Shown here one piece after another: positions 23,341-36,890 of a stretch of 64,000 nucleotides of DNA. The translations under genes and the position numbers were made by a program. Where the stretch lies: assembly GCA_038087875.1 (NCBI GenBank), contig CM075990.1:2730001-2794000 (forward strand), read 5' to 3'. The stretch comes from Malacoraja senta (lineage: Eukaryota). Each line of letters opens with the position of its first letter. The stretch's first letter is position 1. The notes below the pieces were generated by a model that was not told where the DNA came from, ran no database searches, and was given only the letters and a program-made list of their open reading frames with translations.

Positions 23341-25034
23341 TAGATACATAGATACATAGAAAATAGGTGCAGGAGTAGGCCATTCGGCTCTTCGAGCCTG
23401 CACCGCCGTTCAATATGATCACGGCTGATCATCCAACTCAGTATCCCGTACCTGCCTTCTCTCCATACCCCCTGATCCCATTAGCCACAAGGGCCACATC
23501 TAACTCCCTCTTAAATATAGCCAATGAACTGGCCTCAACTACCCTCTGTGGCAGAGAGTTCCAGAGATTCACCACTCTCTGTGTGAAAAAGTTTTTCCTC
23601 ATCTCGGTCTTAAAGGATTTCCCCCTTATCCTTAAGCTGTGACCCCTTGTCCTGGACTTCCCCAATATCGGGAACAATCTTCCTGCATCTAGCCTGTCCA
23701 ACCCCATAAGAATTTTGTACGTTTCTATGCGATCCCTTCTCAATCTCCCAAATTCTAGCGAGTATAAGCCAAGTCTATCCAGTCTTTCTTCATATGAAAG
23801 TCCTGACATCCCAGGAATCAGTCTGGTGAACCTTCTCTGCACTCCCTCTATGGCTATAATGTCCTTCCTCAGATTTGGAGACCAAAACTGTACGCAATAC
23901 TCCAGGTGTGGTCTCACCAAGACCCTGTACAACTGCAGTAGAACCTCCCTGCTCCTATACTCAAATCCTCTTGCTATGAAGGCCAACATACCATTCGCTT
24001 TCTTCACTGCCTGCTACACCTGCATGCCTACTTTCAATGACTGGTGTACCATGACACCCAGGTCTCGCTGCATCTCCCCATTTCCTAATCGGCCACCATT
24101 TAGATAATAGTCTGCCTTCCCGTTTTTGCCACCAAAGTGGATAACCTCACATTTATCCACATTATACTGCATCTGCCAAACATTTGCCCACTCACCCAGC
24201 CTATCCAAGTCACCTTGCAGTCTCCTAGCTCCTCACAGCTAACACTGCCCCCCAGCTTAGTGTCATCCGCAAACTTGGAGATGTTGCTTTCAATTCCCTC
24301 GTCCAGATCATTAATATAAATTGTAAATAGCTGGGGTCCCAGCACTGAGCCTTGCGGTACCCCACTAGTCACTGCCTGCCATTGTGAAAAGGACCCGTTT
24401 ACTCCTACTCTTTGCTTCCTGTTTGCCAGCCAGTTCTCTATCCACATCAATACTGAACCCCCAATACCGTGTGATTTAAGTTTGTATCCTAATCTCTTAT
24501 GTGGTACCTTGTCGAAAGCCTTCTGAAAGTCCAGATACAACACATCCACTGGTTCTCCCCTATCCACTCTACTAGTTACATCCTCGAAAAATTCTATAAG
24601 ATTCGTCAGACACGATTTACCTTTCGTAAATCCATGCTGACTTTGTCCAATGATTTCACCACTTTCCATATGTGCTGCTATCCCATCTTTAATAAGACTC
24701 TAGCAGTTTCCCCACTACCGATGTTAGACTAACTGGTCTGTAATTCCCCGTTATCTCTCTCCCTCCCTTCTTAAAAAGTGGGGTTACGTTTGCTACCCTC
24801 CAATCCTCAGGAACTACTCCAGAATCTAAGGAGTTTTGAAAAATGATCACTAATGCATCCACTATTTCTGGAGCTACTTCCTTAAGTACTCTGGGATGCA
24901 GCCTATCTGGCCCTGGTGATTTATCGGCCTTTAATCCATTCAATTTACCCAACACCACTTCCCGACTAACCTGGATTTCACTCAGTTCCTCCATCTCCTT
25001 TGACCGGCGGCCCCCTGCTATTTCCGGCAGATTA
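23341..25034 (-). mobile_element. CR1 LINE (HER1-like), 5'-truncated, RT domain with frameshifts, inserted into a SINE
   Basis: Four consecutive ORF pieces with [36 protein letters not shown] and [11 protein letters not shown]. The 3' UTR carries a microsatellite tail. The SINE resumes at about 25036. Confidence 0.95.
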
Positions 25035-26239
25035 CAGCAGAGTCCACACTGACCAGCGATCCCCGCACATTAACACTATCCTACACACACTAGGAACAAT
25101 TTACAATTTTACCAAAGCGAATTAACTGACAAACCTGCACTTCTTTGGAGTGTGGGAGGAAACTGGAGCTCCTGGAGAAAACCCACCTGGTCACGGGGAG
25201 AACGTACAAATTCCATACATACAGCACCAGCAGTCAGGTTCAAACCCGAGTCTCTGGTGCTATAAGGCAGCTGCTCGTTCCCTGGAGAAAAAAGGATGGG
25301 TGTCGTTTCGGGTCAGGACCGGCTAAATATCTGAAGAAGGGTCCCGACTCGAAACATCACCCATCCTTTTCCTCCAGAAATGCTGCCTGACCTATTGAGT
25401 TAGTCCAGCACTTTGTGTCTATCTTTAGCATTTTGTAAAATGGAGATCAAACACTGGACTGGACGTGTTAATGCTGATCGGAAGTCAGATTACAGCCCTG
25501 GCTATATGTAGAATGTGTGACAATTCCTACTGTTCTTTAGGTACAGGAGGCCAGGGGTTAAGAGGGAAAGATAGATCAGCCATGATTGAATGGTGGTAGA
25601 CTTGATGGGCCGAATGGCCTAATTCTGCTCCTATCACTTATGAACTTATAAACAAAGGCTATGGTGATGCACCATTGTCGAGATGGAGCTCGTTAACAAT
25701 ATGGCTGCATCATAAGACCCTGAATTCTCTAACCAAACTTCCGTATTATTAATAATTATAACTTGATTAGTAAGGGTGTCAGAGGTTATGGGGAGAAGGC
25801 AGGAGAATGGGGTTAGGAGGGAGAGATAGATCAGCCATGATTGAATGGTGGAGTAGACTTGATGGGCACAATGGCCTAATTCTGCTCCTAACACTTATGA
25901 CCTTGTGACCTTATGAATATGATAGGCACAAAGTGCTGGAGTAACTCAGCGGGTCAGGCAGCATCTGTGGAGAAAATTAGTTGAGTTATGCCAGCCGTTT
26001 GTGTCCATCTCAAGAGTCAAGAGTGTTTTATTGTCATGTGTCCCAGACAGAACAATGACATTCTTACTTACAGCAGCACAACACAATATGTAAACATAGT
26101 ACACTGTGGACAATATAATAAACGGGAAAATAAAAGTTCAGTGTATGTATATATACATATATATGTGAATGTATATGTTTATATATGTGTGTGTGTGTGT
26201 ATATATATATACATGTCTATATATGCATATATACACGGC

Positions 26240-26610
26240 AAAACGTTGTGACCACTGCCCAGTCCATCACTGGCTCTGACCTCCCCACCATCGAAGGGAT
26301 CTATCACAGTCGCTGCCTCAAAAAGGCAGCCAACATCATCAGAGACCCACACCATCCTGGCCTCACCACTGCCATCGGGAAGAAGGTACAGGAGCCTGAA
26401 AACTGTAACGTCCAGGTTCAGGAATAGCTACTTCCCTACAGCCATTGGGCTATTAAACACTACAACAAATAAGCTCTGAACTACAACAGACTTTTATTAT
26501 TAATGCACTATATTGTTTATTTATTGAGTATGTGTGCATGTGTTTATATACGCACTGAACCTTGTTTCTCCTGTACATTGTTTACATATTCTGTTGTGCT
26601 GCTGCAAATA
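26240..26610 (+). mobile_element. Rex1/Babar LINE 3' fragment
   Basis: VVTTAQSITGSDLPTIEGIYHSRCLKKAANIIRDPHHP homology. Confidence 0.8.
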
Positions 26611-26615
26611 ATAAT

Positions 26616-26620
26616 ATGTG

Positions 26621-26661
<41 letters not shown>

Positions 26662-26671
26662 GGGTGTGTGT

Positions 26672-26736
<65 letters not shown>

Positions 26737-27362
26737 TGTGTGTGGGTGTGTGTGTGCAAATATATTTATATTTATATATACACACATACACACACATATA
26801 TATACACACATATACACACACATATATATACACACATATACACACACATATATATATACACACATATACACATATATATACACACATAAACACACATATA
26901 CACACATATATATACACACATATACACACACATATATATACACACATATATATACACACATATACACACACATATATATACACACATATACACACATATA
27001 CACACACATATATATACACACATATACACACATATATACACACATATATATACACACATATCCACACACATATATATACACACATATACACATATACACA
27101 CACATATATATATACACACATATACACACACATATATACACACATATATATACACACATATACACACATATATATACACACATATACACACATATACACA
27201 CACATATATATATACACACATATACACACATATATATACACATATATATACACACATATACACACATATATATACACACATATATATACACACATATACA
27301 CACATATATATATACACACAAATACACACACAAATATACATACACATATGCACATACATACA
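26616..27362. repeat. (GT)n followed by a complex (TA/CA)n microsatellite
   Basis: (GT)n at 26616-26756 and TATACACACA-type units at 26770-27362. Confidence 0.97.
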
Positions 27363-28344
27363 GTATATATATCCTTGGTATGAATCATAACCTGTAGTTC
27401 CTTTTTATTATATTCCTTATGAATAAGCCTGAGGCCCACAAACACACTTGTTAAATTGTCCCTATTCCCTTGATAAATGTGCATAACTGTGAAGATTGCA
27501 CAGAGGTTTAATATAACATCACCTATTAGATGAACAGTGTAGGTGCACTTTGCAGTCAGAGCTCCTTGCATTTTATTATTTTATTTTTCAATTTTAAATG
27601 ATCCTATGGCGAGGTTTTGCTCGGCGGGAGAGACAGGGATGCGGAGGTGCGTTTAATTTTCCACCGTACATCTGACTCCCCCCCCCCCCCGATGAATCTG
27701 ATTCTAATGCATAATGTCTTTCCTTCCCTCTATCACAAGTAGTCTCTTAAATCTCTTCCAACTGTCAGCCATCTCTGTCAGTGCCGGCTGTGGCACTCTC
27801 AGTTTAGTCTGGGGCTTCTGATACCAACAAATCTGTCATTCTAAATTTGCTGTAGATTATGTTCTCTTTCCAGCACCGGGTGATATATGATATGCAAGGC
27901 CCTATTGATTGCCTGATCTTGTGGCAAAGGCTCTAGAAATGAACTTGAAATGAACATCATGCTTCAACTCATTGTGCGTATAATACTCTACTTAATCCCA
28001 CATTTTTCACAGCTATGGAATTCAATTGATCAATCATGTTTTACTGATAGTACTGTTTCAGGGTGTTATTGCTGTTCCATTTCAAGGCTTGACCTTTCCT
28101 TCTCTGGGCCAGTAGATGAGCTTATTGCCAAGTCCAGGAAAGAAAATATCATCACCTCACAGCAAGCCACTATATTTTGTATTGAACCTGACTTCTGCAT
28201 CGTTTTTTGTGTGCGTGCAGGTTAAATAACAGAGATCCCACACGGCTGGAGTCTCACTGTAAAATAAAACTGTTGTTGTGGCCAAGGTTAGGCGATATCT
28301 ACAGAGGGACGTGATCAATGGGATAGATAGAATATGAGGGTAGT

Positions 28345-28930
28345 CGCAAAAAGCTGGAGTAACTCAGCGGGTCAGGCAGCATGTCTGGAGAAAAGGAATA
28401 GGTGACGTTTCGTGTCGAGACCCTTCTTCAGACTGAGAGGCAGGGTTCTGAAGTGGGGTCTAAACCCGAAACGTCACTCATTCCTTCTCTCCAGAGATGC
28501 TGCCTGACCCGCTGAGTTACTCCAGCTTTTTGTGTCTATCTTCGGTGTAAGCCAGCTTCTGCAGTTCCTTGCTACTGCGAATCAAGTGAAGGGGAAAACG
28601 TGAGACATAGAAGGTACATAGAACAAATGAATGAAAGATATGCAAATAAGAACGATGATCAAGGGAAGGTGGAGCCCACAATGGTCCATTGTTGGCTGTG
28701 TGCAAGGTGATAACAAGTTAAACAGGCAGTGAAACTCAGCAGGACGACAGTGAAACTAGTAGGTGGGGGAGGGACGGAGAGAGAGTGGAGGCAAGGGTTA
28801 CTTGAAGTTAGAGAAATCAATATTCATACCGCTGGGGTGTAAGCAAAATATGAGGTGCTGTTCCTCCAATATGCGTGTGGCCTCACACTGAGAGTGGAGG
28901 AGGCCCAGGGCAGAAAGGTCAGTAGGGGTG
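28345..28930 (-). mobile_element. PLE 3' fragment (second subfamily) with an inverted duplication of the terminal segment
   Basis: GIY-YIG tail remnant LEEQHLIF...GMNIDFSNFK at about 28800-28920. Arms 28347-28435 and 28446-28565 are inverted copies of each other. Confidence 0.8.
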
Positions 28931-29254
28931 TAGCACTCTTTAATCAAACCGATTGGAGCATGCTGGATTACAGGCCAGAAATGAGTCAAGAGTTTCACGT
29001 GGTGAATTCATCGCCGATATCAGCGATAAACATTATATATCGACTGGAAACTTAATCAGGGGCCTGGGATAATGTCGACACAAGGAACTGCCAGTGGTGG
29101 TTTACCAAACAAAAGGCACAAAGTGCTGGAGTACTCCGGTAAGTCCAGCGGTCTGTGCAAAGGATAATAGATATCTTGGACCCAGGCATAGACCTGAACG
29201 CATCAACAGGTTTGAATTGTATTTTGCGGTGAAAACAAATACTAATGCGTACAA

Positions 29255-29615
29255 AGGTCATAAGGTCACAAGTTCTAGGAACAGAATTAGGCCATTCAGC
29301 CCATGAAGTCTACTCCGCCATTCAATCATGGCTGATCTACCTCTCCCTCCTAACTCCATTCTCCTACCTTCTCCCCATAACCCCTGACGCCCGTACTAAT
29401 CAAGAATTTGTCTATCGCTGTTTTAAAAATATCCACTGACGGCCTCCACAGCCGTCTGTGACAAAGAATTCCACAGATTCACCACCGTTTGACTAAAAAA
29501 AATTCCTCCTCATCTCCTTCTTAAAGAAACGTCCTTTAATTCTGAGGCTTTGACCTCTGGTCCTAGACTCTACCACGAGTGGGAACATCTTTTCCACATC
29601 CACTCTATCCAGTCC
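29255..29615 (-). mobile_element. CR1 3' fragment
   Basis: GLDRVDVEKMFPLVVESRTRG homology plus the 3' UTR. Confidence 0.85.
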
Positions 29616-29649
29616 TATCCAAGCTTCAACATCCACTCTTTCCAAAGAA

Positions 29650-29925
29650 CAGCATGGTGGCGCAGCGGTAGAGTTGCTGCCTTTCAGTGCCAGAGATCTG
29701 GGTTCGATCCTGACTACGGGTGCTGCCTGAATGGAGTTAGTACCTTCTCCCCGTGACCCCGTGGGTTTTCTCCGGGTGCTCCGATTTTCTCCCAGACAAA
29801 GACGTACAGGTTTGTAGGTGAATTGGCTTCTATAAATTATACATTCTCCCTCATGTGTAGGGTAGTGCCAGTGTACGGGGTGATCGCTGGTCGGCACCGA
29901 CCCGGTGGGCCAAAGGGCCTGTTTC
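29650..29925 (+). mobile_element. SINE
   Basis: A/B boxes and core. Confidence 0.85.
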
Positions 29926-30647
29926 TTGGTTCTTGGTTTCCTGGTCCTCCAAAAATATTCCAAATGGAATTTAAACTGGAGGCTAAAGTCTAGTCTAAAT
30001 GCATTCAAGGGAAGTTAGATAAGTGTCTGTAAGGCAAGAATTTATAGCTCCTTTGGGAGAAGTAAGGAGAATGGGATTAGCTGGACGGCTCTGAGATAAC
30101 AGCAGGGTGTGATTCAATGGGCCTAATGACTTCCTTCTATGTTTTAAACAGTTTGCATTTCTGTGATTTATTGTCTGGGATCTAATTGATGAGCCGGGGT
30201 CATCCATGTATAGATTCATTGATTATTGGGAGCATGTCACTGGCTGGAATCTAAGAACGTTAACCCTAATAATCAATATCATGGAGTCCAGAATCAGATT
30301 CTTGTTATCACGCAGACTAAAAGCTGGAGAATTGACCCAATTCTCTCTGTTATTGAGTCATGGAGACATACAGCGTGGATTCAGGTCCTTCAGCCCAACT
30401 TGCCCACTTGTCCCTTCTTACACGAGTCCAACCTGCCTGCGTTTGGCCTTTGTCTGTCTAAACCAGTCCTATCCATGTACTTCCATGTTTGTTAAACATG
30501 ATTGTGATAGTCCCTGCCTCAGTTACCTCCACTGGCTGTTCATTCCATACATCCACCACGTTTTGTGTGAACAAGTTACTGCTCAGATCCCTATTGAATC
30601 TTTTCCCCCTCACTTTAAACCTATGGTTCGCGATCCCCTTTATTATG

Positions 30648-30943
30648 TGGCACGGTAGCGTAGTGGGAGAGTTACTAGCTTACAGCGCCAGAGACCCGGG
30701 TTCGATCCTGACCACGGGAGCTTGTCTGTATGGAGTTTGTATGTTCTCCCCATGACCTGCATGGGTTTCCTTTGGTTTCCTCCCATACTCCAACGGCGTG
30801 CAGGTTTGTAGGCTAATCGGCTTGGTATAATTGTAAATTGTCCCTATTGTGTGTAGGATAGCATTAGTGTGCGGGGATCGCTGGTCGGCGTGGACTCGAT
30901 GGGCCGAAGGGCCTGTTTCCATGCTGTATCTCTAAACTAAACT
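30648..30943 (+). mobile_element. SINE
   Basis: Family match with an (AAACT)n tail. Confidence 0.85.
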
Positions 30944-30974
30944 ACTCTGGACAAGAGACTCTGTGAGAGACAAG

Positions 30975-31470
30975 AGGTTCTAGATGTCAGCTGATCTACA
31001 TCGGTGAGACCAAGCGTAGGCTTGGCGATCGTTTCGCCGAACACCTCCGCTCGGTCCGCATTAACCAACCTGATCTCCCGGTGGCTCAGCACTTCAACTC
31101 CCCCATCCATTCCGAATCCGACCTTTCTGTCCTGGACCTCCTCCATGGCCAGAGTGAAATTGGAGGAGCAGCACCTCATATTCCGCTTGGGCAGTCTGCA
31201 CCCTAGCGGCATAAACATTGACTTCTCCAATTTCCGGTAGCCCTTGCTGTCTCCTCCCCTTCTCAACTCTCCCTCAGCCCTCTGGCTCCTCCTCTTCATT
31301 TCTTCTTTCCCCCCCCCTCCCCCTCCCTCCACCCTACATCAGTCTGAAGAAGGGTTTCGGCCCAAAATGTTGCCTATTTCCTTCGCTCCATAGATGCTGC
31401 CTCACCCGCTGAGTTTCTCCAGCACTTTTGTCTACCTTCGATTTTCCAGCATCTGCAGTTCCTTCTTGAA
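30975..31470 (+). mobile_element. PLE 3' fragment (GIY-YIG remnant plus hammerhead-bearing end)
   Basis: Homologous to 41238-41722, with CTGAAGAAGGGTTTCGGCCC at about 31343. Confidence 0.88.
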
Positions 31471-31614
31471 CAAGAGGCTCCGTGCATCCACCCGATCTAT
31501 TCCTCTCATGATTTTATACTGCTGTACTCACACTGTAGCTCAGGATGTGACTGGAAGCTGCTGTTTCTTGCCTGCTTCGTAGGATCTTTGCTTGCCCTGT
31601 TAGCACTGCCTCAG

Positions 31615-32050
31615 GAAATTGAGGGATGATCTTATAGAGGTGTATAAAATCATGAAGGGGATAGATAGCGTGAATGCACAGCCATTTGCCCAGGGTAGGA
31701 GAATCAAGATCCAGAAGACATAGGTTTTAGGTGAGAGGGGCAAGGTTTATTAGAAACCTAAGGGGCAACATTTTCACTCAGAGGGTGGTGGGTGTATGGA
31801 ACGAGATTTCGGAGGCGGTAGATGGGGCAGGTACTATAGAGGGTGGTGGGTATATGGAACGAGTTGCCAGAGGAGTTGGTTGAGGCGGGTACTATAACGG
31901 CATTTAAAAGATACTTGGACAGGTACAGAGATCGGAAAGGTTTAGCGGGCTATGGAGCAAACACAGGGCAAATGGGACCAGCTTAGATGGGGCATCTTGG
32001 TCGGCAAGGACAACTTACGCTGAAGGGCCTGTTTCCATGGTGTATGACTC
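31615..32050 (+). mobile_element. CR1 3' fragment
   Basis: Same subfamily as 1562-1930, with a short internal duplication at about 31780-31865. Confidence 0.8.
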
Positions 32051-32529
32051 CACGACATTCCTGGCCTTGTGGACCAACAGTGAATCCCTATCATAAAAAG
32101 AGCATCGCTATTCAGGTTTGGCCACAGCCTTGAGACAGCTACCTCTGTAGTCATCCACCCCCCCCCCCACCCCCTTCTTCTCCCTCCCCCCTCCCCCTCC
32201 ACCTCCCCCTCTCCTCCCCCCCAACTACGAGAGAGCTGCACTCTTACATCGATGTTCCCTTGATTATTCCTCACGGCATCGGCTCACTATTGGCGAACCA
32301 CCAAAGAGGTGCCGGGCAGTGGAGCCTCTATGGAATGAACGGAGACCAAGCGCGGGGAAACCAAGAACGAAAGGGGACTTGAGGGGGGCTGAGGGGGGGG
32401 GGGGAGAAGGGGGGCTGGGTGGGGGAAGGGGGGCTGCTGCCATGTACGGCAGCAGATAGTAGATAGGACTATTCGGTGAACTTTTGTAACACTGTCGGCA
32501 CCAGAAACATGGCGACTCTTGTGTACTGC

Positions 32530-32965
32530 CCAGGTTCACTGGATCAACTGGGCTTGTATTCACTGGAAATTTAGAAGGATGAGAGGGAATCGTATAAAAC
32601 ATATAAAATTCTTAAGGGATTGGACATGCAGGAAAAATGTTCCCGATGTTGCGGGAGTCCAGAACCAGGGGCTACAGTTTAAGAATAAGGGGAGGCCATT
32701 TGGGACTGAGATGAGGAAAAGCATTTTCACCCAGAGTTGCGAATCTGTGGAATTCTCTGCCACAGAAGGCAGTGGAGGCCAATTCACTGGATGTATTCAA
32801 GAGAGTTGGATTTAGGTCTGAGGGCTGATGGAATCTACGGATATGGGGAGAAAGCAGGAACGGGGTACTGATTCTGGATGATCAGCCATGATCATATTGA
32901 ATGGCGGTGCTGGCTCGAAGGGCCGAATGGCCGACCCCTGCACCTATTTTCCAATTGTCTATGTT
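32530..32965 (+). mobile_element. CR1 3' fragment nested in the GC-rich Rex1-tailed repeat 32270-33050
   Basis: CR1 ORF2 end and 3' UTR. The host repeat resumes at about 32975. Confidence 0.85.
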
Positions 32966-33207
32966 ACTACGTTTCTAGGTGAGGTCTGCTGTAGGATTTT
33001 ACCGGGTTGTACGCAAAACAAAGCATTATACTGTACCTTGGTACATGGTTCAAGTATCATTGTATCATTATCTCTCTCTCTTTGCCTCTCCACTCCCCTC
33101 TCTCTTTCATTTAAATGATTCTTAAAATATATTTTTCTTAAATAGGAACATAAGAAATAAGAAATTACTTGGCAATGCTCAGTCTTTAGACTTTCGACTG
33201 TAGACAT

Positions 33208-33495
33208 TAGAGATACAGCGCGGAAACAGGCCTCTCGGCCTACCAAGTACTCGCCGACCAGCGACCACCCCGTACACTAGCACTACCCTACACGCACTAG
33301 GGACAATTTATAATTTACACAAGCCAATTAACCCACAATCCTGCACGTCTTTGGAGCGCGGAAGGAAACCGGAGCACCCGGAGAAAACCCACCCAGGTCA
33401 CGGGGAGAACGTACAAACTCCGTACAGACAGCACCCGTAGTCAGGTTCGAACCCGGGTCTCTGGCGCTGCGAGGCAGCAGCTCTACCGCTGCGCA
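33208..33495 (-). mobile_element. SINE
   Basis: Family match. Confidence 0.88.
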
Positions 33496-33977
33496 ACTGG
33501 ACACACCGGCCTATCTGAACTTGCCCCTCTCGTCCTGAGAACAGGCTTGAAGCGACAGGGAGGCATCAACTCTACCGCTGCTCTGCACCTATCCATTAAA
33601 CAAATCTCTTTTGTCATCAGCCAGCATATTTGTACTTTCTTTTCTGTGTCAAATGGTATCAGTTACAATACAGATAGCATCTGAGGAAGATGGCAACAGA
33701 TCTGTGTTGCTGTCTCACTGCAGGCTTTTCCCCTATGGCTCCCATGGGTCCTTTCACACTGGCACCAGTTGTTGCCGTATCAAACTCAATTGCTCTCCTC
33801 GGTACAGAAACAAATAGAGTCATTAATTACTCTCTATCAGTTCAGACCTACTACACAGGACAATCGATACAAGGCATTTGTCATCCACTCCAGCTCCACA
33901 GGCTGCGTGTAAGGAAGGAAAATAAACTCATCAGCTCCATCAGCCAGCACTTAGAGATACTTTTTGACACTGGTCGC

Positions 33978-33996
33978 GGTGTGTGTGTGTGTGTGT

Positions 33997-34045
<49 letters not shown>

Positions 34046-34056
34046 TGTGTGTGTGT

Positions 34057-34087
<31 letters not shown>

Positions 34088-34102
34088 GGTGTGTGTGTGT
34101 GT

Positions 34103-34145
<43 letters not shown>

Positions 34146-34451
34146 TGTGAGTGTGTGTGTGTCTGTGTGTGTGTTTGTGCATGTTTGCGTGTGTGTTTGT
34201 GTGCATGTATTTGTGTATGTGTGTGTGTGTGTGTGTGAGTGTGTGTGTGTGTGTGTGTGTGTATGTGAGTGTGTGTGAGTGTGTGTGTGAGTGTGTGTGT
34301 GTGAGTGTGTGTGTGTGTGTGTATTTGTGTGTTTGTGTGTGTGTGTGTATGTGCGTGTGTGTGTGTGTGTGAGTGTGTGTGTGAGTGTGTGTGTGTATGT
34401 GAGTGTGTGTGAGTGTGTGTGTGAGTGTGTGTGTGTGAGTGTGTGTGTGTA

Positions 34452-34495
<44 letters not shown>

Positions 34496-34586
34496 TGTGT
34501 GTGTGAGTGTGTGTGTGAGTGTGTGCGTGTGTGTGAGTGTGTGTGTGTGTGAGTGTGTGAGTGTGTGAGTGTGTGTGTGAGTGTGT

Positions 34587-34625
<39 letters not shown>

Positions 34626-34683
34626 AATGTGTGTGTGTGAGTGTGTGTGTGTGAGTGTGTGAGTGTGTGTGTGTGTGTGTGTA

Positions 34684-34733
<50 letters not shown>

Positions 34734-35138
34734 TGTGTGGGTGTGTGTGTGTGTGTGAGTGTGTGAGTGTGTGTGTATGTGAGTGTGTGTGTGTGTGTGT
34801 GAGTGTGTGAGTGTGTGTGTATGTGAGTGTGTGTGTGTGCGTGTGTGTGTGTGTGTGAGTGTGTGAGTGTGTGAGTGTGTGTGTGAGTGTGTGTGTGTGA
34901 GTGTGTGTGAGTGTGTGTGTGTGAGTGTGTGAGTGTGTGAGTGTGTGTGTGAGTGTGTGTGTGTGAGTGTGTGTGAGTGTGTGTGTGTGAGTGTGTGAGT
35001 GTGTGAGTGTGTGTGTGAGTGTGTGTGTGTGAGTGTGTGTGAGTGTGTGTGTGTGAGTGTGTGTGTTAGTGTGTGAGTGTGTGAGTGTGTGTGTGTGTGT
35101 GAGTGTGTGAGTGTGTGTGTGTGTGTGAGTGTGTGAGT

Positions 35139-35187
<49 letters not shown>

Positions 35188-35218
35188 TGTGTGAGTGTGT
35201 GTGTGTGTGTGTGTGAGT

Positions 35219-35259
<41 letters not shown>

Positions 35260-35265
35260 TGTGTG
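33978..35265. repeat. About 1.3-kb (GT)n/(GAGTGT)n microsatellite
   Basis: Direct inspection. Confidence 0.98.
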
Positions 35266-36399
35266 TACAGTTGGTACCTTTCTGTGCTCCCTCTGTACAG
35301 TTAAGGTGGAGCCGGTGAGAATTTGATTTAAAACCACCGCCGGTGAATAATAAAATTAATGCGATGGTTTGGTCTTTTAAGACAATGGATGTTTTAAATC
35401 AGACAAGAGATGTTGGTAAGATAGACACAAAATGCTGGAGTAACTCAGCAGGTCAGGCAGCATCCCTGGGGAAGATGGGAAGTTTTGGGTTGGGACCCTT
35501 CTTCAGTCTGATCCATGACAGTAAATTTTTATGGATACAGTTCAATAACAATCCATTTGGCACAATTATATGAAGGTTATGTGTGTAAGATAGCAGACCA
35601 CACTAAGTCCGTACACAAGAGGAACCACATTCTAGATTCCATTTTGTATCCTTCCAGTCTGAAATTCCCCAAAATGTTGGAGGTGGTCTATTGACAGACG
35701 GCAGGAGGGAGGATTTGGAATTCTCAACAATTGCGAATTGTGAAGCTAGAGGTAAGAATTAGGTAGAGTGGGAAGAAGACGGGATAAATAAGTTTTCCAG
35801 GTGGAGTTATGGGGATAGGAGAGGGGGGGGGGGAGTTGAAAGTGGGGGGGGAGCTTTGGGACAAAAATAGGAGTTCCCTAAAATTCCCTAAAAGTTCCCT
35901 AAAAATGCAGAATTCAATGTTCATCCCGTAAGCTGCCCAAGCAGAACATGTGTTTGAGGCTCACACTCTATCACACAAGTTGAAGGCAGAGATGGACAAG
36001 TTCTTGATTGGAATTGGTGTCAAAAGTTTGGGAAGAAGGCAGGAAAATGGGATTAGGTGGCAGGGATCAGCCATGATTGAATGGCGGAGTCGACTTGAAG
36101 GGCCGAATGGCCTAATTCTGCTCCTGTAACTTGAGAACTTGTGGACAAAGAAGTGCTGTCCTGTCAGAGAAGCTGCCCTTTCAGAATATATTAAACCAAA
36201 GTCACAAATTGCCGCTCAGAGGGGAGTGAAGTATCCCAGAGCACCATGCAACAAACTGCGAGATAAATTGTTCAATGCTTTGCTTACTAATTCCCCTGAA
36301 AACAAAAATGTGTTCCTGTCAGTTGGTGGAACTTTGCTTTGTACAATTCTTTCTGTGTTTCTACAAGATCAGTAGTTTCCCGCCATTTTGTTTTTTAAA

Positions 36400-36890
36400 G
36401 GTACAGCCTTCAGCCGCCAAGTCCACGCCGACCTTGGATCACCCATTCACATCAGTTCTATGTTATCCCAGTTTCACATCCACTCCCTACAGAGAAGGGA
36501 CAATCGGTCTACAAGCCCGCACGTCGTTGGGATGTGGGAGGAATCCGCACTCAAAGAAAACCCATGTGGTCACAGAGAGAACCTGCAAACTCCACACAGA
36601 CAGCAATACCTAAGAGAATGCAGCAAGGAAACAGGCTCTTCAGCCCACCAAGCCCACGTCGACCTTCGATCACCCATTCACACTGGTTCTGTGTTATCCC
36701 ACTCTCAGATCCACTCCCTACGCACAATCGGTCTACAAGCCCGAACGTCTTTGGGATGTGGGAGGAGACCGGAAAACACCTGGAGGAAACCCACGCGGGC
36801 ACAGGGAGAACGTGCAAACTTCACACAGACAGCACCCGAGGTCAGGATCGAACCCGGGTCTCTGGGGCTGGGAGGCAGCAGCTCTACAAC
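36400..36890 (-). mobile_element. Two tandem SINE-variant copies
   Basis: 36400-36605 and 36620-36890 are similar direct copies of the SINE variant. Confidence 0.75.

Noticed and set aside
26503..27571. Long ORFs of 195-329 aa rich in C/V/Y/H/T
   Set aside because: They are stop-free translations of dinucleotide microsatellites, not genes.
33940..35337. 465-aa His/Thr-rich ORF
   Set aside because: It is the translation of the (CA)n/(GT)n tract.
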